Below, in pieces: positions 1 to 11,107 of a stretch of 64,000 bases of DNA. Under the pieces are notes generated by a model that saw only the letters and a list, made by a program, of their open reading frames with translations, did not search any database and had not been told where the DNA came from. The DNA lies in contig CAWKNZ010000004.1 in the NCBI GenBank assembly GCA_963851265.1, positions 1-64,000 of the forward strand, written 5' to 3'. The position numbers and the translations under genes were made by a program. The number at the start of each line of letters is the position of its first letter. Position 1 is the stretch's first letter. Source of the stretch: an uncultured Gemmatimonadales bacterium (GTDB lineage Bacteria > Gemmatimonadota > Gemmatimonadetes > Gemmatimonadales > Gemmatimonadaceae).

Positions 1-1319
1 CGCGGGCCCACGAGCGACATGTCGCCGCGTACCACGTTCCACAGCTGCGGCAGTTCGTCGAGCGACGTGCGGCGCAGCAACGCGCCGAACGGCGTCACAC
101 GCGGGTCGCGGGCGATCTTGAACACCGGCCCGCCCGCCTCGTTTTGTGATTCGAGCGCCGCTTGCCGCTGCTCCGCGTCGACGACCATCGTGCGGAACTT
201 GTACATGCGGAAGTGGCGCTTGCGATACCCGTAGCGGTGCTGCGCGAAGAGGATCGGGCCCGGACTCGACATCCGGACGCAGAGCGCGATCACGAGCAGA
301 ACCGGCGACAGCAATACGAGCCCCGCGGCCGCGCCGACGATGTCGACCGCCCGTTTGGCGACGAGGCGCCAATCGTCGACGACGACGTGCATCGACACCG
401 CGGGGAACTGACCACTCGTACCCGAGCGCGCGCGGGCGACCTTGGGAGCGACGGGATCGGCGAGAAATCGCGCGTGCACGCCGGCCTGCTCGCAGGTCGT
501 GAGCACCGTCTCGATCTCATCGTACCGCGAGCGCACGGGGAGGGCGACGAACACCTCGTCGACGACCGTGTGCATCATGAACGTCGCGAGCCGGTCGACC
601 GCCACACCCAACGCGCCGCCGAATGACGCTCCGCACAGCGCTTCCGGAACGTCCGTGACGGCGACGAGGCGATACTCCACCGTGGGATCGTCGCGCAGCT
701 GCGTCCACAGCGCGCGCGCGCGCGGGCCGGTCCCGGCGACGACGACGTGAATCGGGCCACCGCGGCGGAGCCGAATCGTCGCGCGCGCGGCGAGTCGCAC
801 CGCCGCCGTTCCAACGACGAGTCCACACCAGACGAGGACGACGACCGCCGCACGTAAGTGTCCGCTGTCCGTCACCCACGGCAGCAGGACGGCGGGAACC
901 GCGGCGAGCGTACAGCCGCCGAGCGTGTTCGCCACGAGCTCGCGGAAGGTCGGCGAGCGGGCGGCGTCGTAGCCCCCGGTTAGGCGCAGCGCGGCGGATG
1001 CCCACGCCAGCAGCGCGGCCACGAAAAGGCCATTCCGCACGCTGATGCGCAGCGAGAAGAACTCCGCCGCGCCGCGCGGCAGCTGCACGCCTTCCATCAG
1101 CACGACGCACGCGAACAGCACGGCGAGCGTCATCGCGACGTCGACACCGGGCGTCCACGTCGCGAGCCACAAGCCAGGGGCCTCCTCGGAACCGCTGCCG
1201 GTGGTGTCCCACGCGCCGACAGCGGCCGCCGCACGTCGGTCCGGGTGGGCGACACGCGGCTGTGCGTAAGAGTCGACCGGCTCCGGCCGCCGCTCGGGCG
1301 CCGTCTCAATCAACTGCAT
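1..1319 (-). CDS. Polyprenyl-phosphate sugar phosphotransferase (WcaJ/ExoY-like priming glycosyltransferase), 3' end runs off window
   Basis: Manual translation of minus strand: MQLIETAPE..., N-terminal hydrophobic segments, then FRMYKFRTM...[41 protein letters not shown] (Bac_transf motifs); GGAG upstream of ATG at 1319. Absent from ORF track because no stop in window. Confidence 0.9.
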   Translation of the reverse strand, partial: [439 protein letters not shown]

Positions 1320-1773
1320 GTCGCATCTCCAAACGACTCGGGAAGGCGGGAGTCGTCGCTATACGGGACCGGGTGGGGAGGTCCCAAGACATGGTCGCGC
1401 GTGTTGTGGGAGTACCGCGGCGCATGCCGAACGCGCGATTATTGTATAAGTGCTTCTTAATCGTCGCGCGTGGCCTGCGACAAACATCCTATTACGTCCG
1501 CGTCACGAGCACAATACCGATCTGACGCTGTTTTTTGCCAGCACCGACAGGCAGCGTTCCTGTTGCAGTCACGATCGCGTGCACCGTCGACAACGTAGCA
1601 GTTCTGTTACGCTGCCATGTACCGGGCTGGCACCTGCGCTCGTGTTGTATCGCGGCCCTTCCCCACCGTTCTCCGCTGCGACGCGGCCGAACGATCGCTG
1701 CGGTGGGGAGGGTCTTCTCGCGCAATCCATGCGCGAGGAAGCTCCGGTCATCCGCGCGACCGACCCGCGCTCC

Positions 1774-2928
1774 TCACCGACGTTCGCCAGCCGGGAAACC
1801 CGCGAACACGGTCGGTTCGCCTCCTGCGGGCTCGGCCCGCTCCCCCGCCCCCACCTCCACCCCCTCATCCACCACCCCCCGCACCACCCGCCCCCCCGCC
1901 CGCACCACCACCCCGTCCAGCAGCACGCTCTCCCGCACCTCCGCCCCCGCCTCCACCACCACCCCCGGCCCGAGCACCGACCGCTCCACCACCCCCGCCA
2001 CCGTCGCCCCCGGCGACACCAGCGCGTCGTCCACCCGCGCCGTCCGCGCGATCCGCGCCGGCATCCGCACCACGCTCGCCGTCCGCACCGGCCACGCCGG
2101 GTCGTCGACCACCAGCGCCGGCGCGTCGCCTAACAGATCCATGTGCCCGCGCCAGTAACTCTCCACCGTGCCCACGTCGCGCCAGTAGCCCGCGTGCGCG
2201 AACGCCCGCGCGCCGCCCTCCGCGACCAGCGCCGGCACCAGGTGGTCGCCGAAGTCGCCCAGGTGCGCGTCGTCGCCGCCCGCGCGCGTCACGTCCGCGT
2301 GCAGCCGCTCGAGCGTGGCCAGCAGGTGCGGCACGTCGTACACGAACACCTCCGTCGCCGCCGTCGTCCCCTCCGGCCGCTCCGGCTTCGACGCGAAGCG
2401 CGTCACGCGCCCGTCCGCCCCCACCCCGACGATGCCGAACCGGTGCGCCTCCGCGGCCGCCACCTCGGTCGTCACCACGGTGAGCCGCGCCGACGCGTCG
2501 CGGTGCGCGTCCAGCACGTCGCGCAGGTCGATCCGCTCCACGTGGTCGGCGCTCATCACCACGAGCTGGTCCGCCGCGAACTCCCGCATCAACGCGCGCG
2601 ACCGCCACAGCACGTCCGCGTTCCCCTCGGCGAACCCCTCGCCCTCCGCGCCCGTGAACGGCGGCAGCACGCGCAGGCCGCCCACGTTGCGGTCGAGGTC
2701 CCACGGGCGCCCGTTCAACAGATGGTCGTTGAGCGCGTGCGGCTGGTACTGCTCCACCACCCACACGTCACTCAGCCCGCTGTGGACGCAGTTGCTGAGC
2801 GCGAAGTCGATCAGCCGGTAGACGCCGGCGAAGGAAAGCGCGGGCTTCGCGCGGTGCGCGGTGAGGGGGCCGAGTCGGGAACCCTTGCCGCCGGCGAGGA
2901 CGAGGGCGAGAACTTTGGGGCGTCGCAT
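1774..2928 (-). CDS. glgC: Glucose-1-phosphate adenylyltransferase family protein
   Basis: VLAGGKGSRL, RAKPA, YRLIDFALSNC, YWRDVGT motifs and C-terminal hexapeptide repeats; start placed at MRRPK. Confidence 0.85.
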   Translation of the reverse strand: MRRPKVLALVLAGGKGSRLGPLTAHRAKPALSFAGVYRLIDFALSNCVHSGLSDVWVVEQYQPHALNDHLLNGRPWDLDRNVGGLRVLPPFTGAEGEGFAEGNADVLWRSRALMREFAADQLVVMSADHVERIDLRDVLDAHRDASARLTVVTTEVAAAEAHRFGIVGVGADGRVTRFASKPERPEGTTAATEVFVYDVPHLLATLERLHADVTRAGGDDAHLGDFGDHLVPALVAEGGARAFAHAGYWRDVGTVESYWRGHMDLLGDAPALVVDDPAWPVRTASVVRMPARIARTARVDDALVSPGATVAGVVERSVLGPGVVVEAGAEVRESVLLDGVVVRAGGRVVRGVVDEGVEVGAGERAEPAGGEPTVFAGFPAGERR

Positions 2929-3056
2929 GCCCCCGCCATCGCAAGGCACTTGCCCGACGCACGACGCCCCCGGCCGGATGGTGCGGCCGAGGGCGTCACG
3001 TTACAGCACGTACAAAAGCGGCTCACGCCGGCGGTGGCGCCGGCACGCCGCGGGCC

Positions 3057-4814
3057 CTACTGCCGGCAGGTGCCCCGCGGATCCGGCTTCGGTTGATCCA
3101 CCACCACACGGTGGTCGAGGTTCGCCACCTTCTGCGCGATGTCGTAGACGAGGTTGTCCACCCGCGCCATCCGGTCGTAGTCGATGTACTCCGGCTCGTC
3201 GGTCACCTGGTGGTAGTCCGAGTGCCCGCCCGTCGTGAAGAACACGATCGGGATGCCGTAGCGCGCGTACTCGTAATGATCGCTCCGGCAGTAAATGTTC
3301 ATCGGGTGGCCGTTCGCGTCCATCGAGTAGTCGAACACGAAGTTCGACTTGTCGTCCTTGTTCACCTGCTCGACGATGTTCCCCAACTCGGTCGAGAGGC
3401 GGCGCGAGCCGACGAGCTGCAGGTAGTCCGGGCCGCCGTGCAGCACCTGCCCGTCCTTCGACAGCCCCGTGACGTCGCTCGCCGAGCCGCGGCCGACCAT
3501 GTCCATGTTGAGCTGCGCGACGATCGAGTCGCGCGGCACCGTCGGGTGATCGGTGTAGTACTCGCTGCCCAACAGCCCCTTCTCCTCGCCCACGTGCCAC
3601 ACGAAGAGGATGGAGCGCTTGGGCCGCGCGTCGCCCTTGAGCGAGGCGAACTTCTCTGCCACCTCGAGCACGCTCACCGAGCCCGAGCCGTCGTCGTCGG
3701 CGCCGTTGCTGATGCTGTCGGCGCGCGTCGACCCCGGGTGCGCCTTGCGGTAGTCGGCGAGCATCTGATCGACCCGCGCCTGCTGCTCGGGCGTCGCTTC
3801 CTTCCCCTGGTCCTCGGCCCCTTCGGGACGCACCAGGTGGTTGTAGATGCGGATCGAGTCGTGGTCGACGGCGCGGCCGGCGTACCCGATGTGGTCGTTG
3901 TGCCCGCCGACGGCGACGTACTCGCCGGCGAGCGACGGGTCGCGGCCGGGGAGGATGGCGACGACGTTGCGCGCGGGGAACGGCACCGGCGTCACGTTCA
4001 GCTTGATGTCGACCGTGACCGGACGCCCCGGGGCGCCGGGCGCGAGCCCCGCCACCGGCGCGGAGAACAGCTGCTGCCCCGCGCTCGGCGCGAGGAACAC
4101 GGTCGTCGGCCCGGTGCGCGCGCCGGCCGTCTTGCTCGGATCGTCGACGAACTGCGCCGGGCGGCTGAGGATCGGGATGTAGCGCTCGTCGATGCCGTAC
4201 CCGGCGACCACCGCGGCCTGCGGGTACAGGCGCGCGAGCCCGCGGCGCATGAGGCGCAGCGACTGCGGCGTGAGCGTGAAGACGACCATCTTCCCGACGG
4301 TCTGCTCCGGCGCGATCATCGACGCGGAGTCGCCGAGGGTGCCGCCGTAGACGACGGGCAGGTCGTGCAGCGAGACGCTCGTGAGCCCCGCCGCCGCCCA
4401 GTCGTGGCCCGCGACCAGGCGCGCCGGCGTGCCGGTGCCGCCGATGACGATGGCCGACGAGGGGTCGACCGCGCGGATCTTGAACGGCAGCGTCTGGAAA
4501 TAGCCGCCGTTCTCGCCGGCGGGCTTGAGCCCGAGGCGGCGCACCTCGCTCGCGATGTAGTCGGTGCCCTTGACGTTGCCGAGCGTCCCGGCCTCGCGCC
4601 CCATCATCGAGTCGTCGGCGAAGATGTAGAGACGGGTCATCAGGTCCGCGGCCGTGATGGCGGCGGTGGTCGGCTGCGGCGCGTGCTTGAGCGGGAGCGC
4701 GGTGGCGGGCGGCGGGACCGCGTCGGCGGCGGCCTGCGCGCGCGCGCGCGCCAGCGGCGCGATGGCGAGGGCGGCGGCAGCGGTCAGCGCGCCGAGGCGT
4801 GCAATACGTGACAT
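3057..4814 (-). CDS. Secreted M28 family metallopeptidase
   Basis: Signal peptide; HNDH, NGADDDGSG, GEEKGLLGS, NMDMVGR, SDH, YH zinc-binding motifs. Confidence 0.88.
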   Translation of the reverse strand: MSRIARLGALTAAAALAIAPLARARAQAAADAVPPPATALPLKHAPQPTTAAITAADLMTRLYIFADDSMMGREAGTLGNVKGTDYIASEVRRLGLKPAGENGGYFQTLPFKIRAVDPSSAIVIGGTGTPARLVAGHDWAAAGLTSVSLHDLPVVYGGTLGDSASMIAPEQTVGKMVVFTLTPQSLRLMRRGLARLYPQAAVVAGYGIDERYIPILSRPAQFVDDPSKTAGARTGPTTVFLAPSAGQQLFSAPVAGLAPGAPGRPVTVDIKLNVTPVPFPARNVVAILPGRDPSLAGEYVAVGGHNDHIGYAGRAVDHDSIRIYNHLVRPEGAEDQGKEATPEQQARVDQMLADYRKAHPGSTRADSISNGADDDGSGSVSVLEVAEKFASLKGDARPKRSILFVWHVGEEKGLLGSEYYTDHPTVPRDSIVAQLNMDMVGRGSASDVTGLSKDGQVLHGGPDYLQLVGSRRLSTELGNIVEQVNKDDKSNFVFDYSMDANGHPMNIYCRSDHYEYARYGIPIVFFTTGGHSDYHQVTDEPEYIDYDRMARVDNLVYDIAQKVANLDHRVVVDQPKPDPRGTCRQ

Positions 4815-4945
4815 GGAGCGGAGGAAGGGGAGCGTGGAGCGGAGCAGCACGGCGGCGCGCGCCGGACGTCTCCTGCCTCGCCATACGCGCGACCGGAGTC
4901 GGCCGCTGTCGAGGCCAGCCCGGTCCGGTACCCCGCGCGCGCCTG

Positions 4946-4998
4946 GAGGTGCGCGCTCGAGAGGTGCGCGCTCAGAGGTGCGCGCTCAGAGGTGCGCG
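4946..4998. repeat. Tandem 14-15 bp repeat GAGGTGCGCGCTC(G)A x~3.7 in divergent intergenic region
   Basis: Units start at 4946, 4961, 4975, 4989. Confidence 0.9.
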
Positions 4999-5011
4999 GT
5001 AGCTTCCCGCG

Positions 5012-5533
5012 ATGCCTTCCGCCCCCGCCCTCCCCGCAGGCGTCGCGCTCCGCCCCGCCACCGACGACGACGTGCCGCTCATCCTCGCACTCGTGCGCGA
5101 GCTGGCCGAGTACGAGCGCGCGCTCGACGACTGTCACGCGACCGAGGAGGCGCTGCGCGCGTCGCTCTTTCCGCCGCCCGCGAGCGGGGAGCGGCCACAG
5201 GCGGAGGTGGTGATCGCCGAGGTGGACGGCGCGCCGCAGGGCTTCGCGCTCTTCTTCCACAACTACTCGACGTGGGAAGCGCGGCGCGGGCTGTATCTGG
5301 AGGACCTCTTCGTGCGCCCCCCCGCACGCGGGCGCGGGGTGGGGCGGGCGCTGCTGGAGCACCTCGCGCGCGTGGCCGTCGCGCGCGGGTGCGGGCGGTT
5401 CGAGTGGAGCGTGCTCGACTGGAACGCGCCCGCGATCGGGTTCTACGAGGCGCTCGGCGCGCGGATGATGACCGAGTGGCGGATCATGCGCGTGGACGGC
5501 GCGGCGCTGCCGCGGCTGGCCGGCGGCGCCTGA
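5012..5533 (+). CDS. GNAT N-acetyltransferase (SSAT/diamine acetyltransferase-like)
   Basis: ELAEYE, YSTW, LYLEDLFV, RGRGVG, VLDWNAPAIGFY. Confidence 0.9.
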   Translation: MPSAPALPAGVALRPATDDDVPLILALVRELAEYERALDDCHATEEALRASLFPPPASGERPQAEVVIAEVDGAPQGFALFFHNYSTWEARRGLYLEDLFVRPPARGRGVGRALLEHLARVAVARGCGRFEWSVLDWNAPAIGFYEALGARMMTEWRIMRVDGAALPRLAGGA

Positions 5534-5542
5534 CCGCCCTCC

Positions 5543-6364
5543 TCACGGCACCGGAACCTGCGGCGTCGCCGGCAGCTCGCGCACCCACATGTTGCGGAAG
5601 CTGACCGGCGGGCTCGGGTCGCCGTGCGCCTGGAGCTTGATGGGCGACGGGCCGTGCGGCGTGTACTTCGGCGGCCCGACGTAGAGCGTCTGCCCCTTGA
5701 GCGCGACGTGGTCCTGCGCGAGCACGCCGTTGTGGAACACCGTCACGTACGCCGGCGACTTGAGCGAGCCGTCGGCGTTGAAGGTCGGCGCCGTCCACAC
5801 CACGTCGTAACCCTGCCACTCGCCGGGGCGTCGGCTCGCGTTGGCGAGCGGCGGATACTGCTTGTAGATGCTCGCCGCCTGCCCGTTGACGTAGGTCGGG
5901 TTCTGGTACGAGTCCATGATCTGCAGCTCGTAACCCGCGTCGCCCTTGCCGGTCGAGGCCAGGAACACGCCGCTGTTGCCGCGCAGCTGCCCGGTGCCGG
6001 TGATGCCGGCCGGCACGCGCCACTCCAGGTGCAGCTGGTAGTTGGTGAACTTTCGCTTCGTCTCGATGTTGCCCGACGCCTTCACCACCGTGACGACGCC
6101 GTCCGTCACCGTCCAGCGCGCGGGGCTCCCGTCGTTCACGCTCGTCCACCCCGCGAGATCGTTGGTGCCGAAGAGCACGACTGCGTCGGCCGGCGCGCCC
6201 TTCATGAGCCCCGCGTCGGGCGCGGGCGTCACGACGGGGGGCACCGGCGTGTACACCTCGGTGTCTTCGTGGCGCGGGCCCGCGGGCTGCGCCTGGGCGT
6301 GCGAGTGGGCGGGCAGGATCGTGAGGCCGGCGAGGGCCGCGAGCGGAACGAGGGCGAGACGCAT
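5543..6364 (-). CDS. DUF1080 (3-keto-disaccharide hydrolase/lyase family) secreted protein
   Basis: Signal peptide MRLALVP...; LHLEW, GNSGVFL, YELQIMD, GEWQ, IKLQAHG, FRNMWV. Confidence 0.88.
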   Translation of the reverse strand: MRLALVPLAALAGLTILPAHSHAQAQPAGPRHEDTEVYTPVPPVVTPAPDAGLMKGAPADAVVLFGTNDLAGWTSVNDGSPARWTVTDGVVTVVKASGNIETKRKFTNYQLHLEWRVPAGITGTGQLRGNSGVFLASTGKGDAGYELQIMDSYQNPTYVNGQAASIYKQYPPLANASRRPGEWQGYDVVWTAPTFNADGSLKSPAYVTVFHNGVLAQDHVALKGQTLYVGPPKYTPHGPSPIKLQAHGDPSPPVSFRNMWVRELPATPQVPVP

Positions 6365-6423
6365 CACAGGGCGTGGGCGAAGGGAAGCGGCGGATCGGGC
6401 GGACGGGCGCGGCGGGCCCGCGG

Positions 6424-7290
6424 TCAGACGCGACACAGGCGCACCGCCTCGGCGAGCGAGGTGAGCGGGTCGCGCGTCGGGATGAACTCCTGCGCGACGT
6501 ACCCCGTGAACCCGGTGTCGGCGATGGCGCGCACGATCGCCGGGTAATTGAGCTCCTGCGTGGCGTCGATCTCGTGCCGCCCCGGGACGCCGCCGGTGTG
6601 GTAGTGGGCGATGTGCTCGTGGTACTGCCGGACGGTGCGGATCACGTCGCCCTCCATGATCTGCATGTGGTAGATGTCGTAGAGCAGCCGGAAGCGCGGC
6701 GAGCCCACCCGGTCGACGAGCGCGGCGCCCCACGCGGTGTGGTCGCACTGGTAGTCGTGGTGGTCGACCTTGGAGTTGAGCAGCTCCATGCACACCGTCA
6801 CCCCCAGCCGCTCGGCGTCGGGCATGAGCGCGCGCAGCCCGGCCGCGCACGCGGCGATGCCGGCCGCGTCGCTCAACCCGCCGCGGTTGCCCGAAAAGCA
6901 GATCACGTTGGGCACGCCCGCCGCCGCGGCGAGCGCGAGCCCGCGCCGGTAGCCGGGGAGCAGCCACTCGTGGTTGGCCTCGCGGTTCCACCCCACGGTG
7001 AGGCGTGTCTTCGGGTCGCCCGCGGGCGCGTAGCCCATCGCGCAGGTCAGCCCGTGCGCCTTCGCCGTGGCCCACTCGTCGGGCTCGAGCAGCTCCACCG
7101 ACTGCAGGTTCATCCCGGCCGCCGCGCGCGACAGCTGGTCGACGGTGAGCGAGGGGAAGGGCCAGCGCGTGACCGAGAGCTTGAGCGGCGCCGCGGAGGC
7201 CGATCCGCCCACCCCGCCCGAGGCGGCCTCGCCGTAGAGGGGGAGCGCGCCCAACACCGCGCCGGTCTGCAGAAAGTCGCGCCGGTTCAT
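6424..7290 (-). CDS. Tat-exported hydroxypyruvate isomerase-like TIM-barrel protein
   Basis: MNRRDFLQ Tat motif; [39 protein letters not shown] overlap with upstream gene. Confidence 0.85.
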   Translation of the reverse strand: MNRRDFLQTGAVLGALPLYGEAASGGVGGSASAAPLKLSVTRWPFPSLTVDQLSRAAAGMNLQSVELLEPDEWATAKAHGLTCAMGYAPAGDPKTRLTVGWNREANHEWLLPGYRRGLALAAAAGVPNVICFSGNRGGLSDAAGIAACAAGLRALMPDAERLGVTVCMELLNSKVDHHDYQCDHTAWGAALVDRVGSPRFRLLYDIYHMQIMEGDVIRTVRQYHEHIAHYHTGGVPGRHEIDATQELNYPAIVRAIADTGFTGYVAQEFIPTRDPLTSLAEAVRLCRV

Positions 7291-8348
7291 GCGGCCCCCG
7301 CCGGTTCGGCCACCGGTTCGCCGTTCGACGGCGCCCCGCTCGGCTGCGCGCTCTGCGCGAACGCGGCGTCGAACGCGCCCGCGGCGCGCGGGAAGTCGAG
7401 CCGCCGCACGAACGCGCACGCCTCGCGCGCACCGTGCTCGCGGTCCATCTCGGGGTCCTCCCACTCGACCGAGAGCGGCCCCGCGTACCCCGCCCGCGTG
7501 AGCCCCCGCATCACGCCCTCGAAGTCCACCCGCCCGCGTCCCGGCGAGCGGAAGTCCCAGTACCGGCGCGGGTCGCCGAACGCCAGGTGCCCGCCGAACA
7601 CCCCCGACGCCCGCGGGCTCTCGGCCCACCACACGTCCTTCACGTGCACGTGGAACACGCGCCCGCCGAAGCGCTCCAGGAACGCGAGGTAGTCGACGCC
7701 CTGGTAGGCCAGGTGGCTCGGGTCGTAGTTGAAGCCGAACGCCGGGTGGTCGTCCAGCGCCGCGAGCGTGCGCTCCGCGGTCACGATGTCGAACGCGATC
7801 TCGGTGGGGTGCACCTCGAGGGCGAAGCGCACGCCCGCCGCCGCGTACGCGTCGAGGATGGGCGTCCACCGGCGCGCGACGTCCTCGAAGCCGGCGTCGA
7901 TGGTCGCGTCGGGCACGGGCGGGAAGCTGTAGAGCAGGTGCCAGATCGGCGACCCCGTGAAGCCGTTCACCACGCCCACGCCGAGCTTGGCCGCGGCCCA
8001 CGCGGTGCGCCGCATCTCCTCGGCCGCGCGCTGGCGCACCCCCTCGGGGTCGCCGTCGCCCCACACGTGCGCGGGGAGGATGCTCGCGTGGCGCGCGTCG
8101 ACGGGGTCGCACACGGCCTGCCCGACGAGGTGGTTGCTGATCGCGTGCACGGCGAGGCCGTGCCGCGCGAGCAGCGCGCGCCGCTCGTCGCAGTAGCCGT
8201 CCTCCTCGAGCGCGCGGCCGACGTCGAAGTGGTCGCCCCAGCAGGCGAGCTCGAGGCCGTCGTAGCCGAAGGCGGCCGCCTTGGCCGCGAGCGTCTCGAG
8301 GGGGAGGTCGGCCCACTGGCCGGTGAACAGCGTGACGGGGCGGGGCAT
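7287..8348 (-). CDS. Sugar phosphate isomerase/epimerase (xylose-isomerase-like TIM barrel)
   Basis: [36 protein letters not shown]. Confidence 0.88.
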   Translation of the reverse strand: MPRPVTLFTGQWADLPLETLAAKAAAFGYDGLELACWGDHFDVGRALEEDGYCDERRALLARHGLAVHAISNHLVGQAVCDPVDARHASILPAHVWGDGDPEGVRQRAAEEMRRTAWAAAKLGVGVVNGFTGSPIWHLLYSFPPVPDATIDAGFEDVARRWTPILDAYAAAGVRFALEVHPTEIAFDIVTAERTLAALDDHPAFGFNYDPSHLAYQGVDYLAFLERFGGRVFHVHVKDVWWAESPRASGVFGGHLAFGDPRRYWDFRSPGRGRVDFEGVMRGLTRAGYAGPLSVEWEDPEMDREHGAREACAFVRRLDFPRAAGAFDAAFAQSAQPSGAPSNGEPVAEPAGAA

Positions 8349-8381
8349 GGGCGGGGCTCGGGATCGGCTGGTGAGACTACG

Positions 8382-9605
8382 TTACGCGCTCGCCGCGTGG
8401 GGCGGCTCGTGCGGCGGCCCGTGGGGGGGCTCGTACGACGCGTCGACCCACACGCCGCCCGCGGCCGCGCTCCGCACGGAGGCCAGCAGGAAGTGCACCC
8501 CGCGCGCGCCGTCCTGGACGGTCGGGAAGTCGAGATCGAGCGGGTCGGGCGCCTCGCCGGCGCGCCGCGCGCGCATCGTGCGCATGGCGTTGGCGTACAC
8601 GTTCGCGAAGGCCTCGAGGAACCCCTCGGGGTGCCCCGCCGGGATGCGCGCCGCGCGCTGCGCCGCGGGCGCGAGGTAGGGCTGCGCGCGCGTCCACCGC
8701 TCGGCGGGGGCGTCGGGACGCCGCACCCACAGCTCGTTGCAGCTCGCGTGCGTCCACAGCACCGAGGCGCGCTCGCCGTACACGCGCAGCGTGAGCGCGT
8801 TCTCCTCCCCGCTCGACACCTGCGAGCAGAGCAGCACGCCGCGCGCGCCGCCGCGGAAGCGGAGCAGCATGTTGGCGTCGTCCTCGAGTGCGCGCCCGGG
8901 CACGAAGGTCGTGAATTCGGCGCAGAGCGATTCCAACTCCAACCCCGTCACGTAGCGCACGAGGTGCTCGGCGTGCGTGCCGATGTCGCCCACCGCGCCC
9001 GCCGCCCCGGCCCGCGCGGGGTCCGTGCGCCACTCGGCCTGCTTGGACCCCGCCTGCTCGGCGGCCGTGCCGAGCCAGTCCTGGGCGTACTCGACGACGA
9101 CCTTGCGGATGGGACCGAGCACGCCGGCGGCGACGAGGGCGCGGGCCTGCTTGACCATCGGGTAGCCGGCGTAGTTGTGCGTCAGCGCGAACGTCGCGCC
9201 GCGCGCCGCCTCCTGCTGCGCGACGAGGCGGCAGAGCGACTCCGCGTCCTCGAGGGTGGTCGTGAGCGGCTTGTCGCACACCACGTCGAAGCCGCGCTCG
9301 AGAAAGGCGCGCGCCACGGGGTAGTGCAGGTGGTTAGGCGTGACGATGCTCACAAAGTCCAGCCGATCGTCGGCGGGCCGGTCGGCCTCGGCGTCGGCCA
9401 TGCGCGCCCAGCCGTCGTAGGTGCGCTCGGGCGAGAGGCCGAGTTCGGCCCCCTGCGCGCGGGAGCGGGCGGCGTCCGAGGCGAACGCGCCGCCGACGAG
9501 GTCGGCGAGTCCGTCGAGGGCGGCGGCGCGGCGGTGGACGGCGCCGATGAACGCGCCGGGGCCGCCGCCGATCATGCCGTAGCGGAGTTTGCGGGTGGGG
9601 GGCAC
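8382..9605 (-). CDS. Gfo/Idh/MocA family NAD-dependent oxidoreductase
   Basis: [36 protein letters not shown]; start GTG at 9605 uncertain. Confidence 0.88.
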   Translation of the reverse strand: MPPTRKLRYGMIGGGPGAFIGAVHRRAAALDGLADLVGGAFASDAARSRAQGAELGLSPERTYDGWARMADAEADRPADDRLDFVSIVTPNHLHYPVARAFLERGFDVVCDKPLTTTLEDAESLCRLVAQQEAARGATFALTHNYAGYPMVKQARALVAAGVLGPIRKVVVEYAQDWLGTAAEQAGSKQAEWRTDPARAGAAGAVGDIGTHAEHLVRYVTGLELESLCAEFTTFVPGRALEDDANMLLRFRGGARGVLLCSQVSSGEENALTLRVYGERASVLWTHASCNELWVRRPDAPAERWTRAQPYLAPAAQRAARIPAGHPEGFLEAFANVYANAMRTMRARRAGEAPDPLDLDFPTVQDGARGVHFLLASVRSAAAGGVWVDASYEPPHGPPHEPPHAASA

Positions 9606-9763
9606 GCAGCAGGGGGAGGGGGTTGGGGGGCAGAACCTAACGATGGAAACGGGTTGAGGCGATTGGGACCGAACGGGGCCGTTCGGCGGCCGGCTCGTTG
9701 ACGCCACCCGTTCCCGCGGCGATGTTCGCCTTACCCCCTCTCTCTACCCTGTCCCCGGTTTCG

Positions 9764-11107
9764 ATGACCGCAGCGGCCCGCCCCGCTCCCTCGCCGGTCG
9801 CCTCCTCCGCCGTCGCCTCCACGATCGGCACCCGGCTCGGCGCGATGATGTTCCTCCAGTTCTTCATCTGGGGAGCGTGGTACACCACCATCGCCGTGTT
9901 CATGTCCAACCACGGCATGGGCACGCTGACGCAGTGGCCGTTCACCGTGAACCCGGTGGCGGCCATCGCGGCGCCGTTCTTCGTCGGCCTCGTCGCGGAC
10001 CGCTACTTCGCCACGCAGAAGGTGCTCGCCCTGCTGCACCTCGTCGGCGGGGTGCTGCTGCTCGCGGCGCCGAGTCTGTCGGGCACGCCGACCCCGTTCA
10101 TCCTGCTCCTGCTGCTGTACAACCTGTGCTACATGCCGACGCTCGGGCTTTCGAGCTCGTTGGCCTTCCAGCACATCCACGATCAGGAGAAGCAGTTCCC
10201 GCGCGTGCGGGTGTGGGGCACCATCGGGTGGATCGTCGCGGGGCTGCTCATCAGCTTCGTGCTCAGCCGCTTCACGACCGGGCCCGCCGAGGCGACCTCG
10301 CTCCCGCTCTACACCGCGGGGGTGGCGAGCCTGGTGCTGTCGGCCTACTGCCTCACGCTCCCGCACACGCCGCCGTCGGCGGCCGGGCAGCGCGTTTCGG
10401 CCCGCAGCCTGCTCGGCGTCGACGCGCTGGCGCAGCTCGGCAGCCGCTCGTTCTACGTGTTCGTCGCGAGCGCGCTGCTCATCTGCATCCCGCTCGCGGC
10501 CTACTACAACATGACGCAGCTGTTCCTGCAGGCCGCGCGCGTCGAGAACATCGCGGCCACGCAGTCGCTCGGGCAGATGTCCGAGATGCTGTTCATGCTC
10601 GCGATGCCCTTCCTCTTCGCGCGGCTCGGCGTGAAGTGGATGCTGCTGGCCGGAATGGTGTCGTGGGTGCTGCGCTACGCCGTGTTCGCCGCCGCGGCAC
10701 CCGGCGCGGTGTTCTGGCTCATCGCGCTCGGCATCCTGCTGCACGGGGCCTGCTACGACTTCTTCTTCGTCACCGGGCAGATCTACGTCGACAAGAAGAG
10801 CACGGCCGCGATTCGCGGGCAGGCGCAGGGATTCTTCGTGTTCATCACGTACGGCGTGGGCATGCTGATCGGAGCGCAGGTGGCCGGCGCGGTGTACAAC
10901 CGCTTCCTCGCCGCCGCCCCGGCGGCCGCACCCGGCACGGCCGCGACGCTCACGCTCGCGCAGTGGCAGCAGTTCTGGTGGTTCCCGGCGACGTTCGCGG
11001 CCGCCGTGGCGATCTTCTTCGCCCTCTTCTTCCGCGAGCGTGGCACCGCGCCCGACGGGCGCGAGCCCAACATCGGGCCGGCCGTCGCGGCCGAGCTCCA
11101 ACCGTAG
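9764..11107 (+). CDS. MFS permease, nucleoside:H+ symporter (NupG/XapB-like)
   Basis: MMFLQFFIWGAW, ADRYF, FPRVRVWGTIGWI, GQMSE, LLHGACYDFFFV; ~12 hydrophobic segments. Confidence 0.88.
   Translation: MTAAARPAPSPVASSAVASTIGTRLGAMMFLQFFIWGAWYTTIAVFMSNHGMGTLTQWPFTVNPVAAIAAPFFVGLVADRYFATQKVLALLHLVGGVLLLAAPSLSGTPTPFILLLLLYNLCYMPTLGLSSSLAFQHIHDQEKQFPRVRVWGTIGWIVAGLLISFVLSRFTTGPAEATSLPLYTAGVASLVLSAYCLTLPHTPPSAAGQRVSARSLLGVDALAQLGSRSFYVFVASALLICIPLAAYYNMTQLFLQAARVENIAATQSLGQMSEMLFMLAMPFLFARLGVKWMLLAGMVSWVLRYAVFAAAAPGAVFWLIALGILLHGACYDFFFVTGQIYVDKKSTAAIRGQAQGFFVFITYGVGMLIGAQVAGAVYNRFLAAAPAAAPGTAATLTLAQWQQFWWFPATFAAAVAIFFALFFRERGTAPDGREPNIGPAVAAELQP

Noticed and set aside
1527..1542. Sigma-54-like TGGCA...GC upstream of the sugar transferase
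   Set aside because: GG-to-GC spacing is 9 nt rather than the required 10.
5543..8316. Apparent long fusion ORFs (5543..7432, 6424..8316; likewise 25554..27380, 54777..57446)
   Set aside because: Upstream extensions are off-frame read-through over neighbouring genes; real starts with signal peptides or start/stop overlaps lie downstream.
9644..9657. LacI-type operator TGGAAACGGGTTGA in the divergent sugar-locus promoter
   Set aside because: The right half-site deviates at two consensus positions and no LacI gene is in the window; too weak to call.
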